Assembly: GCA_964016885.1 (NCBI GenBank)
Contig: OZ024754.1
Location: 23,994,001-24,058,000 of the forward strand
Source: Eledone cirrhosa
Lineage: Eukaryota
Direction: 5' to 3'
Length of the DNA stretch: 64,000 nucleotides
Part shown: one piece after another, positions 1 through 18,151 of the stretch
Numbering within the stretch: position 1 is the stretch's first letter
Layout: every line of letters starts with the position of its first letter
Made by a program: the position numbers and the translations under genes
The notes under the pieces: generated by a model
Database searches by the model: none
What the model was told of the DNA's origin: nothing
Seen by the model: the letters and a program-made list of their open reading frames with translations, nothing else

Positions 1-2438
1 CGATGATAAAAAGGTAGGGAGCCAATGTATCTCCCTGGAGCACTCCAGCCAGTATCTCAAAGAACTCTGTCATCCCATCAGGTGTAATGACTTGGGCTTT
101 GGTGTTGGTGTAGAGCAGTGATATCAGGTCCACTATCCTCTTGGGGATTCCATAAGCCTGTAAGATCTTCATCAGGCAGTAACGGTCCACAGAATCAAAG
201 GCCTTCCTAAAGTCAATGAAAACCATGACCGCAGGAAGGCACTTTGCTCTAGCTCCCTCTAATATCCTCCTCAGCATCAGGATGTGACTGGTGGTTGATC
301 TACCCTCTCTGAAGCCGTTCTGGTTGTCCCTGAGCTTCTTCTCCATCTCAGGCTGGATCCTCTTAAGAATCATCCTGTTGAGGGTCTTTGCCACAAGTGA
401 CGTCAGTGAGATCCCCGGTAGTTGTTGGTGTTAGAGAGATCTCCCTTCTTTGGCACTGGGACGATGTTACTGATCCTCCACTGATTCGGGGCAACTCCTT
501 TCTCCAGTGCCCCGTTACAGAACCCCAGGATGATATCATCAAAATCACACCTCTTCATCACCTCTGATGCCACTCCATCTTCTCCATGAGCCTTGCCCTC
601 CTTGATCTTCTTCTTGGCTCTCTGAAGCTCCTCTCTGGTGAAGGGCTCTGTCTCAACATCCAGTTCCTCAAACAGCCGCCTGATCTCCCCAGTGCTCCGG
701 GCTGTGGAGGGTGGCTCTCCTAGTAGGGTCCTAAAATGGTCTGGCCATTTCCTCTTCCTATCCTTGGGCCCCGTTCCCTGGATCTGACTCGAACACCTTT
801 TCTTCCTCCCTGTGATCTCGTTGATGATCATCCAGCTCTCCTTACATCCAGATCTGTCAACCGCTCTCTCCACACTTCTGATCTTCTCTATCAGTGCCTC
901 CTCTCTGACCTCAGTGTAAGCGGTACAGAGCTCTTCCCTCATCACCTCCACAGTCTCCATCCTCTCCTCCGTAGGATCAGCATAGAATTGGTCCCTGGCA
1001 GCTTTCAGGTGTTCTCTGGCTGCACACACTTTTGGGTTTGCAGAGCTGACGTGCTTCCCTTTGTTCTTTTTCCTCGGCACCAGGGTTTCACTTGCTTTCG
1101 CCACTGCATTGGTGAAGTGCCCGTACCTCCTCGTCACACTCTCCTCAGTCCATCCAATCTCTCTCTCCTCTGACTCTCCACACAGAGCACTAAACCTGTT
1201 TCTCACTTCCACTGTGAACCTCTCCTGTAGCTTATCATCTTCCTTGAAAGATCCCCAGTCATAGATTGTTCTCCGGGGCTGAGCCTTGCTCTTTCTTAAG
1301 CTCACGCGGACCTCACTCATAACAAGCCGGTGGTCACTACCCAGTGTACTGAAATAGCTGTATGGTTCAGTGTTCAGAACACTATTCCGCCACTTTTTCC
1401 TCACCAGAATGATATCAATCTGGGACTTGGACAGGTGCATATCTGAGATGTAGGTCCACATCTTCCCCAGATTCTTCCTAAACCTTAGGTTGGTCGCCAT
1501 CAAGTTCGCCTCCAGCAGGGTGTCTCTCAGTAGTCTTCCATTTCGGTTGGTGTTGTTATGGAAGTACCAGCAAGGATCTTCACTGCCCTCCTTACTCAGA
1601 TGTGCATTGAAGTCCCCCAAAACAAGCAGGATATTGTGTGCCTGAGTGGTGTTGACAGCTCTACACACCTCCTCATGGAACTCCTCGGCATTCACATCAC
1701 TGTCCCCCTCGGTTGGACTATAGGCTGAGATGACTGTCAGTCTTGGGTTTCCATTGAAGGTCACCCTCAACACTCGCGGGGAGATAGGCATTATTTCCCT
1801 CACCAACAAATTGGTTTTTGCACTGAACACAAAACCCACTCCTCCCACTGCAGCATTTGTTGTGTTCTTCACTGCCGATGTAGTGATGAGCTGGCTCTTC
1901 CTCCCGATCATCACACTCCTCACGGGCTCATCGTGTAGAATCCTGTGTTCTTGGATCGCAAGTATCTGTATACCACTCTCCTCGAACAGATGTCCCAACT
2001 CCTCTCTCTTCTCCAGCGTTCGAATAGTCCTCACATTCAAAGTGCCCATTTTGATGGCTCTTCTGCAGGACAAAACTGCATTCTTTATATTTGTCTCAGA
2101 GACAGTTGATCCATCATCCACTGACCCTCTCTATCGCTCTAAGCCAGCAGAGTCATAACGACCAGGCTGCTCCTTGACAGTGTAATTAGGGGCTCTAACC
2201 CTAGTGCTGTTAGATCGACTCTCCATATTTCTTTTCAATGGCTGACAATACCTTACCGGCACCACTCGAATAAGGTAGTTATTTAACCCATAAATGGAGC
2301 CCTAACAGGTACTACCACCCCGGGCCAGGGCAGACCTGGGAGTCATGACAACTAAGGGGTAACTCCACATTCCCCACATCTCCTGAACTCCCGAACTGGA
2401 GCCTTGCCACTGGATGTAGTTTAATGTCATACCCAGGA

Positions 2439-2440
<2 letters not shown>
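1..2440 (-). mobile_element. RTE-group non-LTR retrotransposon, 5' portion (5' UTR, APE endonuclease, N-terminal RT), defective copy running off the window
   Basis: ORF 403-2121 has APE motifs (TLNVRT, IQEHR, AYSPT, GDFNA, IDII, SDH). After a frameshift near 410-420 (RGSH instead of RGISL), bases 1-50 read GVLQGDTLAPYLFII. An in-frame ATG at 2226 is followed by a premature TAG at about 2131-2133. Confidence 0.9.
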
Positions 2441-3958
<1,518 letters not shown>

Positions 3959-3961
<3 letters not shown>

Positions 3962-6243
3962 CAAACCCAATGTCACAATATACAAACCCAATGTCATCTC
4001 TCCTGTCCATCCGTTTGACGCTATGGATTTCCACAATGCAACCTGGGAAGCGATCAGTCATGATCTTGCACATGTCGACTGGTCCTTCACGCACACTCAT
4101 ACACCCACTAACATCAAAAAGTCCTGGCAGACATTTGTGGACACTGTTACAAACATATGTGCTAAACACACCCCATTAAGAACTATAAACAAATCTAAGA
4201 GCAGAATCCCTAGAAATAGAAAAACGCTCATCAGAAAAATTAAGAGAACGAACAAAAAAATCAACAAGCTGAAATACCGTCAGCAGCAACACATCAACTT
4301 GACTGCCATTTCATCACTAGAGATTAAAAAACATAACCTCCAAAACAACATAATGTCCCTCATCAACAATCAGAGAAGAGCTGAAGAGGCCTGGGCCATT
4401 GAGAAGATCAAACTCAATCCCAAAGTGTTCTTTTCATTTGCAAAAAACACAAAATCACTGGCTCTACTGTTGGCCCTCTAATAGATGAAAATGGCACTCT
4501 TCAAGACAATGCTAAAACCATGGGTGAGATACTGCAGAAACAATACTGCTCTGTTTTCAGCAATCCTGATATGGCCGATCTGGGCTGTATCGGCGATGTT
4601 ACTCCCCATTACACCTTATCGGACATAACATTTGGCGCCCCTGATGTCTCGGCGGCAATAAAGGAAATCAAGCATAATTCAGCAGTAGGTCCCGATAGGT
4701 TCCCTGCTTGTGTCTTGAAGGCGTGTCAACACCAACTTGCATCTCCTCTTGCGAATCTGTGGCGGAACTCACTGGATGCTGGATATGTGCCAGAAAACCT
4801 TCTATCCCAATCTGTTGTCCCAGTTTTCAAAAAGGGAAACAAACAAGTGGTGAGATCGCGAATGACCCACTTCCTTGAGAGTAACAATATGCTGAACTCT
4901 AACCAGCATGGATTCCGTAATGGAAGGGATTGCCTGACGCAGCTACTGCATCACTTTGATGACATTTTGAGAGCCTTGGGAGAGGGTCCCAACACTGATG
5001 TTATCTACCTTGATTTCAGCAAGGCCTTTGACAGGCCTCATAACATTCTACTGAGAAAGCTGTCCAATATTGGTGTCATTGGAAAGCTGCTGCAGTGGAT
5101 CAAGAGCTTCCTGTCAAACAGAACCCAACATGTTGTAGTTGAAGGAGTCAAATCCAGCCCAGCCAAAGTCAGTAGTGGGGTCCCACAAGGCACTGTGTTG
5201 GACCCACTTCCCTTCATCATCTATATTAATGACATCACTGACATCATCAAACACAGCAACATTAAAATTTTCGCTGATGATTGCAAGCTCCAAAAGGTCA
5301 TCAATGGCGTGGATGACTGGATAAGCCTTCAGTCAGACCTATTGGCTGTTACCCAATGGGCGGAAAAGAACAACATGTTACTGAACGAAGACAAATTCGA
5401 ACTGATCCACTTTGGAAAAGAGGATGCTCTGAAACTCCCGTACTCCCTTCCCTCCGGGGAAACTCTCGTGGCATCTAACAACATCAGAGACTTGGGAGTA
5501 ACCGTGGACAGCAACATAAGCTGGGCCACGCATATAAGCAGCAAAGTTGACATGGCCCGCAGAATGTGTTCCTGGATCCTCAGAACCTTCCAGTCGAGAG
5601 ATTCCCACACCATTATCCTTCTCTTCTCGACTTTTGCCCGACCACACCTTGAATACTGTTGTCCACTGTGGTCTCCCCACACGAAACAAAGTATCATGAA
5701 ACTTGAAGCTCCTCAAAGGGCAATCACCAAAAAGATAGATGGCATGTCAGACCTTGACTACTGGGGTCGACTAGAAAACCTGAAACTTTACTCACTCCAA
5801 CGTCGCCGCGAGCGTTATATTATCTGCATGATGTGGAAAATGTTCCATCATCACTGCCCAAATGATGTTGGCATCGCCTTCAAGATACACCCAAGGCTTG
5901 GGCCCCGTGCTATCCGTCCCATACAAAAATCTAAATCACAACTCATAACAACAATACGGCACAATTATTTCACCTCAATCGGCCCTGCTCTCTTCAACAT
6001 CACACCAGGACACGTCAAAACAGAAACTGACCACACAAAATTCAAGAAGTCTTTGGACAAATTCCTCCAAGTAATCCCGGACAAACCACCCACACCCGGA
6101 TATGTCTCTGCAAACAGTAATTCTCTTCTCGAATGGGCCATGGTGCCCAAATCCTGAATTGAAAGACTTCGCCAGGTGGTGCTATTAAGCTAGATATGGC
6201 CTGGGCCAATACTGGCCAAAACATTTCAAAGTTATTCAAAGTT

Positions 6244-6245
<2 letters not shown>
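3959..6245 (+). mobile_element. CR1-group LINE, 5'-truncated defective copy 1
   Basis: Near-identical to the reverse complement of 18066-20395. Has a frameshift near 4445 and lacks the [17 protein letters not shown] segment. RT motifs [14 protein letters not shown] and FADD are present. Ends TTCAAAGTTATTCAAAGTTA then (TA)n. Confidence 0.95.
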
Positions 6246-7548
<1,303 letters not shown>

Positions 7549-8126
7549 GATAAGTCGGCAGACCTCGCAGGGACTCTATATCTTTATGATGTATTGTTTT
7601 TGTTTATGCCACGAAACTACGTAGTCGAGGAATCTAGGAGCAGTTTAGGTATGATACATTTTATTACTAATTATATCTAAATGTTCCTTCTCTCTTCATA
7701 ATGTATTTTTAACTATGATACTGGTTCAGTCTGGTTCAACCGGATTGGTTTGTCCCAGTCATTCATTGAGCAACATCGGTGAGGTTGGCACCCTTAACTC
7801 ACGGTTGGGTGTGGATGCATTCATGTGTGTCCGCATGTATCTGTGTGTTTCTAAATATATTGTTAATAACTCCCTCTGGTTGAGTAATCTTTGAAGTGTG
7901 GTGGCTGCTGGAAAGCTGCCATTACTCATACTTCTCGCCTCCTTCACCACCTCTTCTACGGCTTCGATATGAATACCCCCTCCGCCTCTGTGGTATTTTC
8001 TTCGGGGTTATAAGAGGCTTAGCTCTGTTTCTCGACCGTTATATCGCGTGACTATCTCCCCCTCCGCCTTTTGGGATTCTTTCTCACGTCGTGTAGACGC
8101 GTTCTTGAGACTAGTAAAATGAGGTA

Positions 8127-8216
8127 TCCGCTTGATAAGTCGGCAGACCTCGCAGGGACTCTATATCTTTATGATGTATTGTTTTTGTTTATGCCACGAA
8201 ACTACGTAGTCGAGGA
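8127..8216 (+). ncRNA. Type I hammerhead ribozyme, U3-A8 core variant (stem I mismatch in this copy)
   Basis: TCCGC-TTGATAA-GTCGGCA..TGCCAC-GAAA-CTACGTAG-TC-GAGGA. Confidence 0.65.
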
Positions 8217-8719
8217 ATCTAGGAGCAGTTTAGGTACGATACATTTTATTACTAATTATATCTAAATGTTCCCTCTCTCTTCATAATGTATTTTTAACTC
8301 TGATACTGGTTCAGTCTGGTTCAACCGGATTGGTCTGTCCCAGTCATTCATTGAGCAACATCGGTGAGGTTGGCATCCTTAACTCACGGTTGGGTGTGGA
8401 TGCATTCATGTATATGTGTGTGTCCGCATGTATCTGTGTGTTTCTAAATATATTGTTAATAACTCCCTCTGGTTGAGTAATCTTTGAAGTGTGGTGGCTG
8501 CTGGAAAGCTGCCATTACTCATACTTCTCGCCTCCTTCACCACCTCTTCTACGGCTTCAATATGAATACCCCCTCCCCCTCTGTGGTATTTTCTTCGGGG
8601 TTATAAGAGGCTTAGCTCTGTTTCTCGACCGTTATATCGCGTGACTATCTCCCCCTCCGCCTTTTGGGATTCTTTCTCACGTCGTGTAGACGCGTTCTTG
8701 AGACTAGTAAAATGAGGTA

Positions 8720-8809
8720 TCCTCTTGATAAGTCGGCAGACCTCGCAGGGACTCTATATCTTTATGATGTATTGTTTTTGTTTATGCCACGAAACTACGT
8801 AGTCGAGGA
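8720..8809 (+). ncRNA. Type I hammerhead ribozyme, U3-A8 core variant
   Basis: Stem I TCCTC/GAGGA. Core TTGATAA (8725-8731). Stem II GT(C)GGCA/TGCCAC with a long loop. GAAA, palindromic stem III CTACGTAG, GUC site at 8804. Confidence 0.78.
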
Positions 8810-8878
8810 ATCTAGGAGCAGTTTAGGTATGATACATTTTATTACTAATTATATCTAAATGTTCCTTCTCTCTTCATA

Positions 8879-8939
<61 letters not shown>

Positions 8940-8964
8940 TATATATATACATATATATATATAC

Positions 8965-8995
<31 letters not shown>

Positions 8996-9004
8996 CATAT
9001 ATAC

Positions 9005-9116
<112 letters not shown>

Positions 9117-9120
9117 CTAT

Positions 9121-9338
9121 CTAAGGCGGGTAAAATTCCCGAGATCCATGGACGAGTTCTCTCCAGCGGTCTCTGTCCCTCATTATCGCTGCCATATCCT
9201 GCATCTCCAACAGACCAGTGTCTGTCCTTAGGGCATCAACATATGTTAACCTTGGTCTTCCTCTTCTAGTGTGTCCATGTAGGGGCTCCCAAAGGAGCAC
9301 TGAGTGCAATGTCAACTCTGGATGTCGGTGAGCATGTC

Positions 9339-9340
<2 letters not shown>
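9121..9340 (-). mobile_element. 3' end fragment of an RTE-group LINE
   Basis: [22 protein letters not shown]...DRDRWR is the typical RTE C-terminus. The stop is followed directly by ATAGATA(TA)n. Confidence 0.85.
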
Positions 9341-10850
<1,510 letters not shown>

Positions 10851-10856
10851 TACATA

Positions 10857-10888
<32 letters not shown>

Positions 10889-10941
10889 CATACATATATA
10901 TATATACATACATATATATATATATACATATATATATATAC

Positions 10942-10990
<49 letters not shown>

Positions 10991-10993
10991 GAC

Positions 10994-11026
<33 letters not shown>

Positions 11027-11029
11027 CAT

Positions 11030-11224
11030 ATAGGAACCAGTAAGACCCCGACAGCTGAGCTCAAGCCGTTTCGACGGCTAATTCTGTCCAGAATTAGCCG
11101 TCGAAACGGCTTGAGCTCAGCTGTCGGGGTCTTACTGGTTCCTATTACCCACTCTACTACCTCAAGTATTGAGTACTTTGGTGCGTTATGGTCCACCTGG
11201 TTCCTTACCACATTTCCTTCGTTA
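11030..11224 (+). mobile_element. 3' end of the hammerhead family also at 31268, 42753 and 47200, starting as a perfect ~56 bp-arm palindrome
   Basis: 11030-11143 is a perfect hairpin centred on CTG-TC-CAG. The right arm continues to ...CCTTCGTTA(TA)n. Confidence 0.85.
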
Positions 11225-11231
11225 TATATAC

Positions 11232-11262
<31 letters not shown>

Positions 11263-11275
11263 CATATATATATAC

Positions 11276-11308
<33 letters not shown>

Positions 11309-11321
11309 CATATATATATAC

Positions 11322-11352
<31 letters not shown>

Positions 11353-11534
11353 CATATATATATATACATATATATATATATACACATATATATATATACA
11401 CATATATATATACATATATATATATATACACATATATATATATATACATATATATATATACATATACACATATATATATACATATATATATATATACATA
11501 TACACATATATATATATACATATATATATACATT

Positions 11535-11640
<106 letters not shown>

Positions 11641-11659
11641 TATATATACATATATATAC

Positions 11660-11746
<87 letters not shown>

Positions 11747-12052
11747 CATATATATATAAAAACAAATAACGAAACGAAATTAAATTTCGTTTCGTTTGTA
11801 ACTCACTTTTGTATGACTGACGCTTAAACAATTAAGTTAAAAATGTACATCTACATATGCATACTGAAATACTAGTGTGTATATGAATACACACACGTAT
11901 ACATATGTAGGTGTACCAAGTCTTTCACTGGTCGCTTTACAGTGAGCGGCCCAGCTATTCTGTATGTAAACACACAGACAAACCGGTTTTTAGAGTCATA
12001 CTGGTTTTTCGGGGGAACACCTTCCCCCTATTCTCCAGAAAGCCAGACAAGG

Positions 12053-12097
12053 AATATTGAACTAGTTTCGTTGTTGTTACAACTCATCAGCAATATT
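12053..12097 (-). ncRNA. Canonical minimal type I hammerhead ribozyme (GUU site)
   Basis: Minus strand AATATTG-CTGATGA-GTTGT aaca ACAAC-GAAA-CTAG-TT-CAATATT. Confidence 0.9.
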
Positions 12098-12633
12098 TTC
12101 CTATCTACCGGCCTTTCTGGAGAATTGTAAAGGCACATATCGTTATATGCTTTTTCTATGAAAATTAGTAGTGGGCAGACTAATTTGCATAGAGTGTGAG
12201 TACGCACCGGTTCAGCGGAGACGATAAAAACAAATAACGAAACGAAATTAAATTTCGTTTCGTTTGTAACTCACTTTTGTATGACTGACGCTTAAACAAT
12301 TAAGTTAAAAATGTACATCCACATATGTATACTGAAATACTAGTATGCATATGAATACACACACGTGTACATATGTAGATGTACCGAGTTTTTCACTGGT
12401 CACTTTACTGTGAGTGTCCAGCTATTCTTAATTGTTTAAGCGTCAGTCATACAAAAGTGAGTTACAAACGAAACGAAATTTAATTTCGTTTCGTTATTTG
12501 TTTTTATCGTCTCCGTTGAACCGGTACGTACTCACGCTCTATGCAAATTAGTCTGCCCACGACTAATTTTCATAGAAAAAGTATATAACGACATGTGCTT
12601 TTACGATTCTCTAGAAAGGCCGGAAGATAGGTA

Positions 12634-12678
12634 AATATTGCTGATGAGATGTAACAACATCGAAACTAGTCCAATATT
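12634..12678 (+). ncRNA. Canonical minimal type I hammerhead ribozyme (GUC site at 12671)
   Basis: AATATTG-CTGATGA-GATGT aaca ACATC-GAAA-CTAG-TC-CAATATT. All three stems are perfect. Confidence 0.92.
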
Positions 12679-12925
12679 CCTTGTCTGGCTTTCTGGAGAA
12701 TAGAGGAAAGGTGTTTCCTCAAAAACCAGTATGACTCTAAAAACCGGTTTGTCTGTGTGTTTACATACAGAATAGCTGGACACTCACAGTAAAGTGACCA
12801 GTGAAAAACTCGGTACATCTACATATGTACACGTGTGTGTATTCATATGCATACTAGTATTTCAGTATACATATGTGGATGTACATTTTTAACTTAATTG
12901 CATATATATATATATACATATATAC

Positions 12926-12956
<31 letters not shown>

Positions 12957-13007
12957 CATATATACATATATATATATATATACGTATATATATACATATA
13001 TATATAT

Positions 13008-13051
<44 letters not shown>

Positions 13052-13079
13052 GTATATATATATATACATATATACATAT

Positions 13080-13112
<33 letters not shown>

Positions 13113-13120
13113 TATATATA

Positions 13121-13608
13121 GAAGGGCCCTAAATAAACATAAACTCAACATTAAGATAGTAGAAAGACCAGGTACCTCCGTAAAAACACTTATTAGCAAG
13201 ACATACCCGTTCCAAAGACCCTCATTTATAAATAAGAAATGTATAACCTGTAAAATAAGCCCCCATATTAACTGTAAAACTAGAAATGTAGTGTATAGCA
13301 TAAGATGTACTGAGGGACAATGTAGAAACAAAAATATAGTGTACATAGGTGAGACAGCTCGTAGTATAGGGGAACGAATAAATGAACACTGGCGAGACCT
13401 TCAAGATAATAAAGAATCATCTGTGCTCTACCAACATGCTAAGATAGAACACAGGGGTAGATTAGAGAACATAGAAATAAAAATAGAATCCACACACAGA
13501 AAAGATGCAATGTTTAGGAAAATTACAGAGGGAGTAAGCATAAAAGAATTACAACCAAAATTAAATAGAAAATATGAGTGGAACAGCAACATCACAACTT
13601 ACAATTAA
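13121..13608 (+). pseudogene. GIY-YIG endonuclease domain of a PLE (partial ORF)
   Basis: VVY/YIG motifs, catalytic R/E/N positions, Cys/His ligands and a Cys-rich linker. Confidence 0.88.
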
Positions 13609-13912
13609 GGACAAAATGAAAACACACACAGGACAAAATGAAAACACACACACACATAGAACAAACAACTTACAATTAAGGACAAAATGAAAACCACGCA
13701 GGACAAAATGAAAACACACACACACATAGAACAAACAACCAACCAACAATAAATAAATAAATAAATAAATAAACAAATAGATAAATGAACACAAACACAC
13801 ACAGACACCCGGATGTGGCGCATGCGCAAACTGAGCACACAACACACACACAGAAACAAAATGGCGTAGGATAGAAGAAAGGAAAGGCACAGAAACTAAG
13901 AAAGGAATCCCC

Positions 13913-13957
13913 AGTCACTGAAGAGGTCACAGAGTGTGTGACGAAAGGACTATGACT
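13913..13957 (+). ncRNA. Minimal PLE-type hammerhead
   Basis: AGTCA-CTGAAGA-G-GTCACA gagtg TGTGAC-GAAA-GGAC-TA-TGACT. Confidence 0.75.
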
Positions 13958-14178
13958 ATATATAAACAACTATCTGGTTGTGGAACCAACCAACCAACCA
14001 GAAATTTATAAGTTTGTAGATTTGTAAATTTATAAATTTATAAATATATAATATATTGAAGTGAAAGCAACTGGGGCGTGTGTTTCTTATTGGCAACATG
14101 ACCCTCCCAAAGTATAACAATATCGGTTTCAACACACGATTTCAGATAAAGAATCTTGCTAAACAAATTCAGAAACGA

Positions 14179-15457
<1,279 letters not shown>

Positions 15458-15460
<3 letters not shown>

Positions 15461-16970
15461 TGAAATATAAGAATCAAAGAACTGCTCAAAACATTATTGT
15501 GCTTACAGCTGTTTCCTCTAAACCGAGGTTTGGATTCTTCGGAGCAATTTATTAATGCATGGACAGTTATATGACCTCCTCTTCAGCCAAGAGACATACC
15601 GATACATATGCAAATATTGTGGGTCAACACTCATTACAGAATTTAGAGTGGCAGTACACACTTCGAGATTACATTCATATTAAGAGGTACAATCAAAAAT
15701 CAAAAATACAGGTTAAAATACAACATGAAGATAAGCGGTTATATAGTGCAAATGTTATATGTGTGGCAAGCATGTGCGTCTTGTTTATATAGTGTGGCAG
15801 AGAGATATGTGTGGTAGAGGCACTTAGGTAGGTAAACAAGAATGTTAGGTTGGTAGATCTGGTGGCAAATTCTTTATATGATTGATATAGTCTGTGTGTG
15901 GAGAAATGTTATAAGCATTAAAAATAGTGCAAGTATTAAAAGTATTAAAAGTATTGGAGATGCACAGCGAAGGGATGTCAAGTATTTCATGTACTTCGAC
16001 ATTTTCATGATTAGGGGAGTGTATTTTTCGATTATATGCCGCTCACATAATCCACGACAATTCGATATTGAGCGTTTGACAATCCAGTTAGAGAATCGTA
16101 GTCTGATGTTCTTTAGTTCAATGTCGTTTTTCGAAACGTAACAGCCTCCTGTATTGAACTAAAGAACATTAGACTACGATTCTCTAACTGGATTGTCAAA
16201 CGCTCAATATCGAATTGTCGTGGATTATGTGAGGGGCATATAATCGAAAAATACACTACCCTGACCATGAAAATGTCGAAGTACATGAAATACTTGACAT
16301 CCCTTCGCTGTGCATCTCCAATACTTTTAACACTTTTAATACTTGCACTATTTTTAATGCTTATAACATTTCTCCACACACAGACTATATCAATCATATA
16401 AAGAATTTGCCACCAGATCTACCAACCTAACACTCTTGTTTACCTACCTAAGTGCCTCTACCACACATATCTCTCTGCCACACTATATAAACAAGACGCA
16501 CATGCTTGCCACACATATAACATTTGCACTATATAACCGCTTATCTTCATGTTGTATTTTAACCTGTATTTTTGATTTTTGATTGTACCTCTTAATATGA
16601 ATGTAATCTCGAAGTGTGTACTGCCACTCTAAATTCTATAATGAATGTTGACCCAGAATATTTGCATATGTATCGGTATGTCTCTTGGCTGAAGAGGAGG
16701 TCATATAACTGTCCATGCATTAATAAATTGTTCCGAAGGAGCCAAACCTCGGTTTGGAGGAAACAGCTGTAAGCACAATAATGTTTTGAGCAGTTCTTTG
16801 ATTCTTATATTTCATATAACTGCTCTGTAAATCATCTGATGTTTTTACATTGAGCTACTTAACTTACTGGCTACTAACATTACTGCCTACCACTATTTAG
16901 GGTGTGTATATAAAAAATACTTATAACTGCATAAGGTTTGGTATTTACATAACCATAAATAGTATAACTA
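15458..16970. mobile_element. Large foldback (arms 15458-16122 and 16153-16817, 30 nt spacer), PLE-derived 3' region with a hammerhead-like motif in each arm
   Basis: The arms are reverse complements with scattered substitutions. Motif TGCT-CCGAAGA-A-TCCAAACC tc GGTTTAGA-G-GAAA-CAGCTG-TA-AGCA at 15500-15546(-), with a variant at 16729-16775(+). Confidence 0.8.
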
Positions 16971-16974
16971 ATAC

Positions 16975-18066
<1,092 letters not shown>

Positions 18067-18151
18067 ACTTTGAATAACTTTGAAATGTTTTGGCCAGTAT
18101 TGGCCCAGGCCATGTCTAACTTAATAGCACCACCTGGCGAAGTTTTTCAAT

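Larger units (their letters stand above)
11757..12900. repeat. ~470 bp ORF-less hammerhead unit: ~1.4 tandem copies (minus sense) fused 5'-to-5' to one permuted copy (plus sense)
   Basis: AAAAACAAATAACGAAACG occurs at 11757 and 12226. 12429-12900 is the reverse complement and begins and ends with TAATTG. Confidence 0.9.
13121..14178 (+). mobile_element. Penelope-like element, 5'-truncated: GIY-YIG endonuclease, pseudo-LTR and tail running into the ORF N-terminus
   Basis: [13 protein letters not shown]...C...[16 protein letters not shown]...HAKIEH...[14 protein letters not shown] hammerhead lies at 13913, followed by [18 protein letters not shown] at about 14098. Confidence 0.88.

Noticed and set aside
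15878-16397. Mirror ORFs MIDIVCVWRN...
   Set aside because: They are duplicated only because of the foldback, and no domain is recognisable.
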